NCBI GenBank assembly: GCA_009103225.1
Contig: RHPI01003366.1
Span: 62,001 to 126,000 of the forward strand
From: Chlorokybus atmophyticus
Taxonomy: Eukaryota; Plantae; Mesostigma and Chlorokybus algae
Direction: 5' to 3'
Length of the DNA: 64,000 nt
Numbering within the stretch: position 1 is the first letter of the stretch; each line of letters opens with the position of its first letter. Of the stretch, positions 50,200 through 64,000 are shown one piece after another. The position numbers and the translations under genes were made by a program. The notes below the pieces were generated by a model. That model saw only the letters and a list, made by a program, of their open reading frames with translations. It was not told the origin of the DNA and made no database searches.

Positions 50200-51723
50200 C
50201 TGCAACTCGCCGTAGACAAGACGCTACAAGAAATTTCCGGTGTCTTCCGACCGTAAGCCTCAGAACTTGAAACCCTTCATGTCTTGGGTTGGGAGGGAGA
50301 AGCAAACACTCAGCTGTCATAGGATGCATTCCAATGCTCTGTGACACATGCCACGTTGTTCAGGCATGCCATACGGCACAAAGGCCATCACCTGTTCCCA
50401 ACAGGAAAGCAGCCTCACCTGCCAGGCGCAGCATGGAAGAGAAGTAGCTTATTGGCCAGGTGTCCATCAATTTCCCAATCGGTTTTGTAACAATACGAGC
50501 AGGCCAGCTCCTGACAGTTGTGTGTGCCAATGAGTACCGTGCGTCGTCATCTTCATAATGTTTATTGGAGGTTGTTCCATCGCGCAAGCTGCTTGGCCTG
50601 CCAGAGCTGTCAACACATGCAGATACACGTAAAGAAGCAGAACTGTCACGCTCAATGTGTCACCTCGCAGCGTCCTTCTGCATTGCAAACTCCACCAAGT
50701 CCTTCGCGAAGCCAACCAGTTCTGAGGCCAACCAGACAACTTCAGCAAAACATGTAATCAACACGGGTCTCAGCGTGCAGCTGCAGTCGTGCTCACCTTC
50801 CCGCAACTCCTGCCGTGTGATGCCACTCTCTTTACAGCCAGCATCACCGTTCTCCTTCACATTAAGTGGCGTATTGTGTTGAGCGCTGACAGCATTGGCA
50901 AGATCACGCACTGCGCTCGTGAGGTCCGTCAGCTGGCGCGAGTGGTTATCCAACAGCAGCGTGATGCGCTCACACTCTGCACAGCAACCGTTGGTGTCCT
51001 TGAGCTGCAAGGAAGGTGTACTAATGGGTGGCAATTGGGGCGTGCTGCCTTACCTGTCGCATGCGTGGAAGTTGTCAGGGCAACCGCTTGAGAGGCAGCT
51101 TCGCGAGCAGCTACAGTAAGCTCTTGCTGTAGGCCAAGCACAAACCAAGTTAGCACAGGCAAGGTGCTGCACGGTGCATGCTCGTGCTCGGTGTGTTCTT
51201 GCACGCTCTGCACGCTTTTTGCACCTTGCGAGTATCAGGTTGAGTCGCGGCAGCTGCCTGACTGCGCTTCGACCCGCCAGCAAACAACCACTGCCAGCAA
51301 CGGCGACATAAACGGTACACACAAGTACTTGCATAGCTTCAAGGTCAAGCGGTGAACCAACTGCAATTCGCTGCTCACCCATGCAGCTGCTGCGGCTACA
51401 GCTGAAGCGCCAGCTGCTGCCGCCACAATGACAGTCTGGGGCAATTGCGGCTCAGCAAACAAGCGCTGCCAGCTGTTCAAGAGTGCATGCTGTACAAGAT
51501 AAGGAAGCAAAACACACGCCTTTCAGGGTGGTCTTCAAGGAGCAGTACCGAGCACACTACTGATTGGTTAAGCAAGCATGCAAGCGCCCACCTGTGGTGC
51601 GACGTTGCGCTCGTCCTTGCCATTGTCGTCCAAGGGCTCACAGCCAGCCAAAGCGTCCGTTGGCGACGGCGACAACGCCGCCGTCAACGACGACGACGAA
51701 AGCTCAGGCATTGCTGACATCAT
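50200..51723 (-). CDS. Hypothetical membrane-anchored protein; exon structure and 3' end unresolved
   Basis: ATG 51723 MMSAMPELSSSS...NVAPQ / HALLNSWQRLFAEPQLPQTVIVAAAAGASAVAAAAAW / WLFAGGSKRSQ... joins through canonical GT-AG sites. Downstream coiled-coil-like ORF 50660-51034 could not be joined in phase. Confidence 0.4.
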
Positions 51724-52157
51724 GTGACTGACATGGCATGCACAGTTGCTTCAAGAAACCACCACCTGCCGAATAGTATACATAGCTTCAGCGCCACATA
51801 GGTTGCAACTCAGAGTCCCACTAGCCAAACACGGAGTACAGCTCAGCCAACTTGACGCCAACACCGCCGCCTAGGCGCAGGAAACTGCGCCACGTGGCGG
51901 AGAACCCATAGCGGAAGCAAACGGCACGGAAGGGAACAGAGCACAGGAAGCCATGCATAATCCATGAATGATGCATTTCCCCCCCCCCAAAACTGTGTTA
52001 TCAAGACCCAGTTCATGAAACAGCATTGCGATGACACTGTCATCATGACAGCCATTCTAACTCGGGTTGGAATTTCCACCCCTAATCCAGCCCTCTTACA
52101 GAGTTGGGACACACTGCAATTGAAGTCCCGGCCTGGGACGTTTTCCAGGCAGCAGCC

Positions 52158-55100
52158 ATGGAAGGCGTGGCGAACGGCGACAAGGAGGCGGCGACCGCCC
52201 CGGACGCCGAGGCCTCTTCCTCGGGCAAGCAGCAGGAGCAGCTGGTGGATCAGCTGCGCAATGCCCTGAAACAGGTCAGCCAGCTTACCTAACTGGGTTG
52301 ACTTCGCTTGCATGGTTGCTGGCTTGCCTGCTTGTTCGTTGAATGGCAGCTTATTGTTGTCACACACAAGCACACGCACAGTCCTTTAAGCACAAACTAC
52401 GTACAGTCCTTCAATGCCGGGGCTTAAGGCACGCAAGCAGACACTGCGCTGCACTCGAGAATTGAATATATCAAACTTAGTTGATCCCATTGCAGTTGAC
52501 ATTACCACCACGACGACAGCATTGGCGGATGTAGCTGCTTTGCTCTCAGAGTGTGCTAGTGTATTGTGTCGCTGTACGGCTGCCTAGTATTAGCAGGTGG
52601 TGAACTTTGTAATGACTTGCCACATTCCCCATGGATTGTGTGTGTCTGTCACTCACATTGCAATTGTCACACGTCCGAACATAGGACAAGCAGCACTCTG
52701 TTTGAATTTGTGTGTGTGCATGTGATGTGGCTGGCAGGCTCTGAAGGAGCAGTCTGTCTTGGAAGCAAAGCTGCTTGCTGCCACGCAAACCAAAGCTGCA
52801 ACAGAACAGGTGTGTAAACAATGACATCACGCTGTCGCTGTCACTGGTGTTGTTGTTGTTTGGCTGATTGTTCTTGTACACTTGTCAAGGAGGACTCATT
52901 GCTGGCGGTTCAGTTGAAAGAAGCCAAAGGCGAAGCCGAGCGTGCGAAGAAGCAGAAAGCCGCGCTTGAGCAGAAAGTTAAAACCCTCGCGGCCGCTTTG
53001 GAAAAGCGCATACAGACACTCAATGCCAGCGTTGAAGTATGTTGCGCGCACCAGTATTCTTACATTACAGAATTTTGCATTGTGGTCCGCTTGATAATTG
53101 TTACACCCTCATAGGGAAGCAAAGCAGAGAATGATGAGCTTAAGGCGGAGAATGCACGATTATCGGATACGGTCTCGGAGCTTGAAGACCAAGTTCAGCG
53201 TGTGCTGGCAGGTGCGATTGAGTGGTTTTCCTGTTCAAGCTTTGCACTAGCAATCGTTGGGTTGATAGTCGAATGTGTCATCAATAGATAAGACAAAGGT
53301 TGTTGAGCAACATCGGGCGACAGAAAGGCAGCGCAGCCAATCTGATGACCTGGCAACAAGGCTGCAGGCTGAGGTGAGCTTTAGAGGGTCATGCGATGCC
53401 TGTGCGTGTCTAAGTGTGCTTGCGCATGAATGCGTACATGCATGCGCAATGCGTGTGACACTTAGCCCACAGGTGGCCACAGCGCATCGCGAGACAGCTG
53501 AAGCCAATGCGGCCCTCGCTGAGTGCCGGTAAGTGTTCACTTAGCATGTTGTTGTGTCAGTTGACCAGACTCTTCGCATCTCACATCAGATCTATACTGC
53601 TGGCAGGTCGCAGCTGTCGGAGTTGCAAACCCGGTTCGAGACTGAGTCTGCGGGTCGGGCGATGAGCGAAGATGAGCGCAACGGCTTCAAAGCTGCATTA
53701 TCTGTTGTGTCGGCAGAGAAAGCGGCTGCCGTTGCTGAAGCCGCGCGTTACAGGGATCAACTCAGGCAGGTTGGTGTGTGTTGAAAGTTGTCATCTTGTG
53801 TTTGTTGCTTCTGTGTGTTGACTTGGTGTTTGACGGTTGTTCAGGTTGGAGAAGAAGGCAAGCGCGCGGTCAAGGTGGCATCAGCAGCGGATGCGCGTGC
53901 TGCTGCGGCGGAAGAGCGCCGCTACACTGCTGAAGCTGCATTGGCAGAGATGATGCGAAAGAGTGGGGAGGTAAGCAACAGCAACTTGCACATCCGTGCT
54001 CGCAGGTTTCTCGTGCCTGTGTGGGCGTGTTTGCTGAACCTGAACAACAGCAACAGTAAGGAACAGCGTGCACGCGAGCTCACATGTGTGTATGTGTGTG
54101 TGCATGTGCATGCGCGTGCGCGTTTTTGCCATCAAGTATAATACGGGCGTCTTGCATGCTGTGATTGACGAGGTGGTTGCGTTATAAGTCCACCATGCAG
54201 CTGTTGACTGCTGTATGTGCATGTGACAGGCACAAGGCATGGCAGAGAGGCTGAAGGAGGAGGGCGAAAGGAGAGCAAAGGCATTCAACAGGTGAGAGGA
54301 CATACCAATAATCAGTCGCATTGTCACACGCAATCATTCTGCATCGCTCGAGTCAACTGACACCAACTTCTATAAGCATAGCGACCAATATGCACATGTT
54401 CATGCAACAGTGCCGTGAAGGCGGCGGTGGGGAGGATGCAGCAGGAGTGGGAGGAGGAGAGGGCGGAGCTGGTGGAGAGTTTAGACAAGGCCAGGCTGGC
54501 TGCAGAAGAGCGCGAGAGGGAGGTTGCGGAGAAGCGGGAACGCGAGCGCCGTGACTGGGAAGCGCGCTTGCTAGAAGCACAGGTGCACACCTGTGCACAC
54601 CTTTCTAGGAGGGCATTGGTCTATGCAAATGGCTATTGTTACCCTTGTATAATGGCATTAAAAGTGTGCATTGCACGTGTCAGCCACAGCTGACAGCTAC
54701 GGTCTGTAGCCGAAACTCTCTCGTTAACCAGATTGTGTTGTTTGTGTTTCTTGTGCGTAGCTTTGTCAGGTTGCCATGCAGCATGCCATTGTGACGGCGA
54801 TCTTTACCGTGTGGTGTATTTGCATGTGCAGACTGCAGCCACAGCAGAGGCCGAACGCTTGCAAACCAAAATCGCCGAGGCGCAGGAGGCCTTAACGTCC
54901 ACGCGCACGGACCTTCTCGCACAAATCGCAACCGCGACTGCCGCTGCAAGCAATGCACAACAACTTGCTGAAGAACTACGCACTCAGGTACCTGAGCTTG
55001 TGCGTGATTGTTGCGCTGATACCTGTTGTACTGACCCTTTCGCTGTTGGCCTTGTCTCATGTAGATGCAACAGAGGGAGGCGCAGCTTGCAGAAGAGGCA

Positions 55101-56596
55101 CAATCGGCAGGGGCAGCCGAGGAGTCAAATATTCGGTTGAAGGCTAAAGTGGAGAGCCTCGCTAGGGAATTGGCTGACGCAGAAAAGCGTGTTGTTGCAG
55201 CACAGGTGGGCAAGACATCCAGCACCTTGTGTTTGCTTGCCCCTATTCTTGCCCCCATTCTTGCATGACATCAATGTTGCAATGCCAATGCCTTTCTGAC
55301 AAAGATTGCAGAACAGAACATCAGAAGCACAACTGCACATGCATTGGACCAGTCTACAGGCTGACGAGTGTGATTATCTTTGAGCCAACACACCGCGTGT
55401 GCACCAAGGTGTTGTTACTCACTCTGCATATGTGTCAGGAGACGGCCAAGGTGGCGCAGGCAATTGCTGCCGCAGCCGCTGCCTCAACTGCACCTCAGGA
55501 GAATGGCTCCGCGGTTGTTGTGGTCGAGCTGGAAGCCCGTGCTCGCGCGGCCGAAGCGCGAGTGCGCGAGCTTGAGCAGACCCAGCAGCTTGCACAGCAG
55601 CAACAGGTTTGTGAGCTAACCCTGCGCGTGCGCACAGAGACACACGCGTGCGTGCATGCTCACGGTCTTAATATGGCTACCAGTCCCAGTCGTTGGTGTT
55701 CACTCAAATGCAATGCAGAGCTGAGGTTCTGTCTGCATCACTGCTGTATATCCTCAACACACTCCAAGTCACAACCAGCATGCAAGGTCAAACCCATGTT
55801 TGCAGCAACGCATCAACGTCTTGGAGGCGATGGGTTTGGACTCAGTGCGCGAAGAGCGGTTGAGATGGGACGGTCAGCTGAAGCAGGGTGACATTGAGGT
55901 ACGCATGCCTTCCATGGCATTGATACCATCACTATCACCCGCAGTATCACATGCAGCGTCATAGTCTTAATGGAGTTGACCGTCGCGTGCAGTCTGTTGG
56001 CGTGGCGTTGATGCGATCCAAAGAGAAGCGGCCACCTACGCGCAGCGCCACTTCAACAACAGCGTCAACACTATCAACCGCGTTGGCTTCAGTCCCGGTG
56101 ATAGGTGGCAGGCTGGACGCTGTGTTGAAACGGTTGCGGTTGATTAACAGCAGTACCAGCGACCCACGTTACCGAGGCACCATCTCCATGCGCAGCGCCC
56201 TCCTGCTTGGCTACCTTGTCACCCTGCACATCATGGTACACATTGGCCTCGTTTGTTTACATGCATGTGGCTACTCGGGTTCTATACACCTCATCCATGC
56301 AGAGACACAAGTGCGTGGTCACATTGCAGCCATTAAGCATAACGCTTGTTTCTCAGGCGCTCTCTCTTTCTTGCTTGTGCTGTATGTGCTGCACATCTCA
56401 CTGCACACGCAACAAGAACTCTGCTCTTGCTTTTGTAAGAGTGTGTTGTTGTGTCCAACACACTCTCACAGGTGTCTTGCAATGACACTGGTGTCTGGCT
56501 GTGCAGGTGATGACATCTTATGCCAACCACCCGGCCACAAGCTGCGTGGATGCGAGCAGCGAAATCCGCCAGAACCTTCCAGGGTTTGTAGGGTAG
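52158..56596 (+). CDS. Long coiled-coil protein with a C-terminal transmembrane anchor (golgin-84/CASP-like)
   Basis: Successive E/K/A/Q/R-rich heptad exons (LKEAKGEAERAKKQKAALEQKVKTL; MQQEWEEERAELVESLDKARL), followed by the tail anchor RSALLLGYLVTLHIMV and a short luminal tail. Confidence 0.7.
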
Positions 56597-57647
56597 CTCC
56601 ACAACCTACGTGTACAGACGACGAATACGCTTACTGATCAACATGCCATGACAGACCATCTCTTTGTGTACGGGGTGCTGTGTGCAACCACCATTGACCT
56701 CAACAAGGCCAACGCAAGTGTGTAATGTGTGACATGAGGTCGCTGCGCTCGCATCAAGCATTCAGGCACATTTGATGTGTACAAGCTAGCACGCCCGCAT
56801 GTGCTGCACACAGCCAGCATGCAACAATAGCTTGTGAAACTGTTATAACAACACCATACTTCTGTGCCACACATTTATAGAAGTTCTCAGTTGTCAATCC
56901 ATGGGCCTGGGCCTGGTATTGTGCTGGCGTAGTGTAGCACCTCCAATTATGGCTGGCATGCCATGTCGTATCACAGAGCAACGCCTAACAAACCAACACA
57001 ACCTATGCCGAGTTGTCTGGGACAATGTACGTCTTTGTGAGCCAAGCTGCAAGGAGCTAGCCCAACACAGTGCGTATAGCCCGGTGGTTGTGTTGCTGTG
57101 AATGTGCTTGCATGCTGTTTGGCATGCTGTGAGTGAGGTCATGCATGTCTCCAACTACTGGCAGCATATCCTGTACAACATCAGGTACGAACATCGCATA
57201 GACAACATGGCGGCTGGGGCGCCTTGCCCCAGATACTGGGCCATGCATTCAACAGGTAGAAAGCTTGTACTGCCTGCAGTTGAAGATTGGGACCCTACAG
57301 CTGCACAAGCAGGTTGGATCCGCAAGGCGTGCCTAGCGTGATTGGCCTGTCTGGTTGCCTGTGGTATGCTGACTTAGAGTAACCCCTGACTATGTAAAGC
57401 ACTTGGTAACTTGCTCACCTTCGTAATGACTTTGTTGAATGCCGGTGCGCGTGTAGCCACAAAAGCAGAAACAATGAAAGCAATGGGCAAAGTGCTCAGG
57501 TTGAATGTCCTTCTAGCACAGGGCCAGCCATGGAATCAAGGTCGTGAGGGAAAAACAACCTGTGAAGCATCAACAAGTAAACCACACGTAAACCTTGAGA
57601 TTGAAACATGCTATTGATACAAGAAGCTGCACCAACATGTGCAGAGA

Positions 57648-59882
57648 TCAGCACCTGCAGGTGTTCTCGTACAACATGCGCGCAAGCCCTGCAACGTTCT
57701 TGATCTGCTTGTGGCCCGCTATTACCTCCAAGACTTGCCTAGCAACACGCAACATGTTCATGTCTTGTCATATCAGCACAGGAGTACACATCAGCAGTCT
57801 TGATGAGGTAACACAGCTGTATTATGTGACACTGTGCGTTGCTTTAGATCAAACCTGATGTGGCAGGGCTCATTGCGGCCCTTGACAGTGGACCCTTCCT
57901 CCCACTTCTCCTTAGCCTTCACTGGCCACTTCGTTGTTATGTGCTTGCTGCCTGCATGCGAGTTGCGAATCTGACAAACGCAGACAACAGTTATTCACAA
58001 TTGCAGGTAGGCGCACAGAGCTTGCAGTCAACATGTAAGCCTCTCTTTGTGTTGCAGAGCTTACATCACACCAGGGAGCGTCCGTTTCAATCATCATCCT
58101 CTCAACGGGAATGGAATCAAGAACTTGAAGATTTTCTTCCGTTTTTAGCGAGCAGCCATTGATGCCTGCATGTTGAGGTCACGTTTTAAGATTGGTCAGA
58201 CAGATATAATGTTGTGACAATCAACACACATCATGACCAAGCACTACAGCAAACAAACCACAAAGCACCTATATACACATTGGGGAATGACAGCAGCTGT
58301 TGCGCTTCGTCTGCAGTGCCCGTAAACGAGTGCACCACACCCCCTCTAAACCTAAGCGTACAGCCAACAGAATGACAATCACTTTAACTCGCAGTTTCTC
58401 TGTCAATCACCTCTTCTCAGCGTGTTTGGCATGCATATCGCAAAGTCATCTCATGCGCTTCGTGTACGCTTGACAAGTACACTTGAACCGTCATTGCATA
58501 TATGTGTGTACGAGGTGCACGTTCAGCAGTATGACCGACATGCACATGACATGCACTAACCTGTCTCTGTTGCGTTGCAGAGCCTCAACAAAGTCCCCCG
58601 CAGCTGCGCGCAAATGCAGAAACATTGGCAACCCTGTCGATTGCGCCACCTCAAAATGCCTCTCAAACCACCTGATTGGGCAACTGTGTCAACCTGTGCA
58701 TATGAAGCAGAAAAACTACGCCAGTGACGGTACCTTATTTGCACTTCCTTTGGAGAGAACTGAAGGCGGTCATAATCCAGACCGCACTCGCCAATGGCAA
58801 CCACCTGTGTATTGAGAGTTCTGCATGCGTAATGACAGATACCCTGAAACACACAGTGTCATCACAAGGTGCCACATTGCTGCTTATGCTTAAGCCACCT
58901 TTCCTCGCGCAGCGCCTTCTTTTGCAAGTTTGGTCAGGGACGCCAAATAAGACTCTGCATCAGGCGCATTCTCAAGCTCCTATACGGATTATACAAAGAG
59001 ATTGATAGCTGGCCTGAATCAAACACTGTCGCGGGTACTGTGCAGTGTATGCATACACTTGACTAAATACATGACAAAGAAGAGTATTGTGTTTACCAGA
59101 GTGCGTGTTGGGTGGACGCCAACAGTAGAGTACAACCTGGCTGCGCAAATCATTCGTTTGACACGCACACAACACAGCATCTTCTGTAGAATGCACTGCG
59201 AAGGCCCCAACTCGGGATCAACACAAACTGTACTGAACTTCTTACCATCAGACTCTGCCGACTCGAGCGCTTCTCCCGACTCTGCCAAAGTGCCGCCAGT
59301 GATCTGGAGTCACATACACAATTTCAGGAGAGAAGTGGAAACAAAGTTTACAAACAGAGATTCTTGCCACAATGACGGAACCCACGAACCATTATCCTCT
59401 CAACACCGGCGTCCCACGCCCGGCCCAGCACGCGATGGAGATCCGGAGGGTGCGCAGCCTTGCCATGGTACACGCCTCGGAACATTGAATCTGTTATGTT
59501 GGGAGTTGTTGCATGGGTGACAGCACACAACACATGTGTTATAACAATGTGTTCTACATTGCTTTGAACCAATGGAACACAAGATGGCTAAACGGAGTAG
59601 ACAAAGTACCTGTGAGATTGGCGCCTATGTCTGCGCAACAAGCGAGCACGTTATGAGTGTTTAACAACAGATGCGCACAGCAAACAGCGCTAAGCTTTGA
59701 CACATGCATACACACACCACGGACAGGACTCAATGAAAAGTTTGGTACAAACAGTGGACAGAGCAAGGCCAAGAGCATCCGAACACGTGCACAGCTATAG
59801 CAACCACCACAGGCAATCAACAACGAAACAGTGAATAGCAAATCAAGGCAATCCTTTTAGTACCTATGAACTTGAACGCCAT
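57648..59882 (-). CDS. TATD: TatD-family DNase (TATDN1-like); last exon approximate
   Basis: [47 protein letters not shown]; [10 protein letters not shown]; [16 protein letters not shown]; [10 protein letters not shown]...LYENTC. Confidence 0.93.
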
Positions 59883-60211
59883 TGTTGCCTGAGCAGCCGT
59901 CTTGACAACCACAGCCACCGCCGTCGCCACCACCGCCACCGCCGTAAACGGCACACAGCATAGGCTGCAAAGCATGCATTTAGTGCCTTAATGCTCACGG
60001 AAGCTTTCGTTACAATCAGCGGTGGAGGGTCGTTAAGGTCAGGTGAACGGAGTGGGTTAGATCACTGAATGACTCAGAGCTGAGCTGGCGGTGGTGAAGG
60101 AGGTGGCTGCGGCGGAGGCAGTGGCGTAGCAAGGCCGGTGCTGGACAAGCAGGACGAAGCGGGAGAAAAGGATTTGTCCAGGCAGCACAGGGGTTTTGAG
60201 TTTCCCTGATC

Positions 60212-62974
60212 ATGGCGAAGACGCCATGGGTCGTAGTGCCCATGGGCGTGCTGTTCATGGCTTCAGGACTGCTGGTCAGTGACAGCTTGCTTGACGATGA
60301 TGCTACTTCAAAACTGGCAGGAAAAATTTTGGCATGTGCCAAGTTTACACGCAAGCAGTTCCAAATCACTGTTGGTTTACATGCGTTTCGTGCTGAGCTT
60401 GCACAATTGGAAGCGTGACGCAGACAGTGCTCTGTGCCAGGTTAATGTGGTGGAGCTGGCGCTGCTGCTGACTGTCTGGCCTTTGTCCAAGCCCCTTTAC
60501 CGGAAGGTGCGCAGCACCTATAAGTTTATACGACCAGTGTGCAACGTCACATGTTTGTTGGCACGTGCATGTTGTCCATGGACACGACTCTGAGCAGCAA
60601 CACACAACTAGCACGCTGCATTAGCTTGCTTTGTTCTGGCTCTGCGCAGGCATTAAGATTATCTGCTCGTCGGTTTCAGCTTCTGAAAATGCTGTTTGAG
60701 TTTCTCAGTGCATGCATTGGAGCAAGTGGCATACTGCATTGCTCTGTTCATTTGTTGTGTGCAGTGCAACAAGGCAGTTGACTTTGCAAGGCATTGGGTC
60801 ACATGACAAGCATTGTGCAGTGCGTGTGGGTGCTGTCGGGCCTTCTCTGGTCCCAGCTGGTGTGGTTGGCTGAGTGGTGGGGTGGTGTGCGCGTGCGCTT
60901 GCACGGGAATCCCGACATTTTCAAGCTCCTTGGCAACGAGCATGCGATCTGCATTTGTAACCACAGGCAAGCTGTTGGTAATCAACCTTCATAACCTGTA
61001 CACTGTGTGCATGCGATGCAAGCGTTAATGCTGACACACAATGCAGGTCAGACGTGGACTGGCTTGTGGGTTGGGTGGTGGCGCAGCACTGCGGTTGCCT
61101 GGGTGGCTGCAAGTCCCTGATGAAGCAGAGCTCCAAGTACCTGCCCGTTCTCGGCTGGTCATGGTGGTTTTCGGACACAATCTTCCTTGATCGCGCCTGG
61201 GCCACAGACCAGGTGCTGATTGCAGTTCTGTCTATGCTTGGACACAAATACATGCATGCAGATGCGCGTATGGGCACACATGCGCACACACAGCATGCGA
61301 AGGTGCACAGGCACGCAACTGCACGCATAGACAAATCGTTTCAGTTGCCTTGTTGCCTTGCATTCTCTACTTTGTGATATGGTTCTTGCATGGTCGGGCA
61401 CAAGTACATGAAGTGCAATCACTATTCAAGGTCGGGTCTTTTTGGTCACTGTGCAGCGGAGGTTGGTGAAAGCGTACTCCTCGCTAAAGGACTTCCCGGT
61501 CCCTTTCTGGATGGTGCTGTTTGCAGAAGGCACTCGCTTTACTGCCCCGAAGCTTGCAGATGCCCAGAAGTTTGCAAAAGAGAGAGGCCTTCCTCACATC
61601 CCGCGCCATACACTTGGTTGGAAACTGATTTCAATCACATGCTGCCAATACTCATTGCTGGGATGCATGCACATCATGACTGATAACATGGGACTCGTGT
61701 GCTACTGCAGTGCCCAAAACGAAGGGCTTTGTGTCCACGGTGGAGAACTTACGGGAGTTTGTGCCTTCAATAGTGGACGTTACGTTTGCCTTTCCAGCGG
61801 GGAAACCGTCACCGACCATGACAGGCATTTTTGGGCGTCAGGGAGGGGAGGTATTGTTGTCACTAGATATCATCTGCAAACAATCAAGGGCATGTGCCTT
61901 AAGATAACTTTACGCCCTTCAGGTTGATGTCTTGATACGTCGCTTTGATATAAGCTCTCTGCCGTCTGATGGGGAGGGCATTGCGGCGTGGTGTCGGGAC
62001 CTGTGGGCGGACAAAGACCGTCTGCTTGAACGGTATGCGCAGACTGGGAACTTTGGGGATGACGTCAAAGAGTATGACTCACCGCCACCCCTCTACTCTG
62101 TATGGGTAAGTGCAGACATGCTTTGCGTGTGCTTGTCCGCCTGCTTTCTCAACAAGCACTGTCGCGTCCACGTGTTGGTCATGCCTCCACGTTTATATAC
62201 AGGCTCAGGCTTAACTCTAGCATGTTGTATTATGCTGTCATCTGTGTTGTTCGCCACAGCAACTACGCACAAATATGACAACTGCATCCAGGCAATACTC
62301 AGTTATAACTCAAGTGCGCTTGCCTCAGCAAGCGCGCCTGTTTGTGCCGGTGTTGTGTTTCATGTCTCATGTTGGCGTCTCGTGATCTCCAAGTGCTTCA
62401 CTGGTCAACTTTTCATTGTTAACATCTGGGCTGTTGCCGACTCCAGACATGGTGATGCTGTTTATAGTACGTTTTGTTCACCATATTTCGGATGTGGTGG
62501 CGACGTTGTAGTGGGCAGTAGTTGCCAGTGGTCGGCCGTAGGCGGCAGTGTTGATTTGAAGTGTGGTTGTGTGGTTGTGGTTGAAGTTGTTTACCTACAA
62601 CTGTGCTTGTATTCGAGAATCATGTTGTGAGATGCGAACCTTGCCGCTTGGTACAGTAGTAGTTGTCGTGTGCTGACCCTTTGATCGTGCGCCACAGGTG
62701 TTGATTGGGTGGTTGTTGGCGGTTGCGCTTCCCAGCCTGTACGCCCTTTATCGTGCTGTTGCCACGGGTGCATTCACCTCAACCATGCTGCTCATCTCTG
62801 CTGGCGCTGTTGGTGCTGTCGCCTTGGCCATGAAGATATTCATCAGATACTCACAGGTAAGTTGACTGGTTGTGCAGTGATGAGCATCTTGCACGTTAAC
62901 TCTTCACTCTTGGGTCCTAAGCTAAGCACATGCAGGCGGAGAAACCCTTGCGTAGTGCGCCCGCAAGTTCATGA
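60212..62974 (+). CDS. LPAT2: ER-type lysophosphatidic acid acyltransferase (plant LPAT2/3 family)
   Basis: [15 protein letters not shown]; [13 protein letters not shown]; [25 protein letters not shown]; [12 protein letters not shown]; PKTKGFV; [13 protein letters not shown]; last exon [12 protein letters not shown]-stop. Confidence 0.92.
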
Positions 62975-64000
62975 CATTAGACCCTACCAAGAGTTGGCTG
63001 GCTGTTTGCTCGGACTTAAGTCTAGAAATTATTACTGTTGGGCTTGTGCCAGAAAGAATTTATGTTTGTGTACCGTAACTACCTACCATACCTATTATAG
63101 TGTCACGAGTGTTTGGGTATGACTGCAGCTTGATAGAGGCCGGTTAATGCAAGTGCCACACATGTGGCTGCCACATCCGCCAATTGGCACCATTCAAGAC
63201 TGCACCTTGCACTAATCAGAGCTTAATTTGAGACTCGGGCTATGCAAGGCTCCAGCAGCAATCGTTGTAATGGAAAGCGACAAAGTTGCACTGCAGCCAA
63301 TGTGCGGCACCTTGGTTTTGCTATGGCACTTACATGTATCGGCTCGTGTATCAAAAATGTAAATACATCTCATAGGCTGATCTAAGTAGCAGATGCGAGA
63401 CCCCAGCAACAATGCAACAATGTCACAATGCACAAAGTTAGATGCAAGGCATGATGGCATAGACACGGCCGACAAGGCGTATGCAATTGTCAACATGTAA
63501 GTGGTAGTACACTAGCATGCACACAACTTATAACAATCAACAACAACAAGCAATACGAACATGTTCAAGCATGACAATTGCAACATAGGCAGCAACTTGC
63601 ATCCACTTTGTACTCATCATATCTTGTCCACATCGTCGTGCATGTTGCTGCTTCTTAACCCGGACTTGACCTCTGCCTCTCCGCCCTGCGTTTAAGCTCG
63701 GCAGGCTGTTCTTGCTGTGTTGGCTGCTTGCCATGCTATTACTTGAGACCTCAACAAGAAACGGTTCTAGTTTCAGCAAAGATGAAGTCATGTTTTAGTA
63801 GATGTGCCTTGGCCCATGTTGATTACATGTCTGCCTCACTGCTTGCTTGCACCTTGCTACCTTGTTTGTACCTTTGAATCCGCTTGATTAACTGCAACTC
63901 TACCGTATGATGCGGTGCTCTGCAGGTGCTTCCTTTGCTGCTTGCTGCTGCCCCTTCCGTGGGACGGGCGTTCCACGACGTCATCGACCGTTGCGCGCGA

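Noticed and set aside
63537-64000. Minus-strand ORF fragments at the right edge
   Set aside because: Possibly the 3' exons of a gene outside the window, but too little sequence and no motif to call.

Overview
Intron-rich eukaryotic DNA from a green-lineage alga. A flagellated early-diverging streptophyte (Chlorokybus/Klebsormidium-like) is inferred from a land-plant-type MurE C-terminus, DET1, FBN10 and LPAT2 together with a flagellar central-pair gene. Gene models were assembled by eye from GT-AG splice sites and the ORF track, so internal exon boundaries are approximate. In order: CAF-1 p150/FAS1 (-, runs off the left edge), plastid MurE (-), an EGF-ectodomain/TM/RING-H2 E3 ligase (+), a saposin-B acid sphingomyelinase-like phosphodiesterase (-), MMS19 (-), Psb28 (-), FBN10 (+), DET1 (+), a CFAP119/C1a-32-like gene (-), a gene-poor palindrome-rich island (~37.9-43.7 kb), a secreted protein with three bacterial-style PKD-like repeats and a PDF1-like C-terminal domain (+), a transferrin-like pseudogene fragment (+), a hypothetical gene (-), a golgin-like coiled-coil protein (+), TatD (-) and LPAT2 (+). 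The island has ~1.1-1.4 kb diverged inverted arms plus perfect 33-bp and 25-bp hairpins. The most novel-looking items are the PKD/PDF1-domain protein, the transferrin relic and this hairpin-rich element. No rRNA, tRNA or CRISPR array was seen. All family calls come from motif recognition, not database searches.
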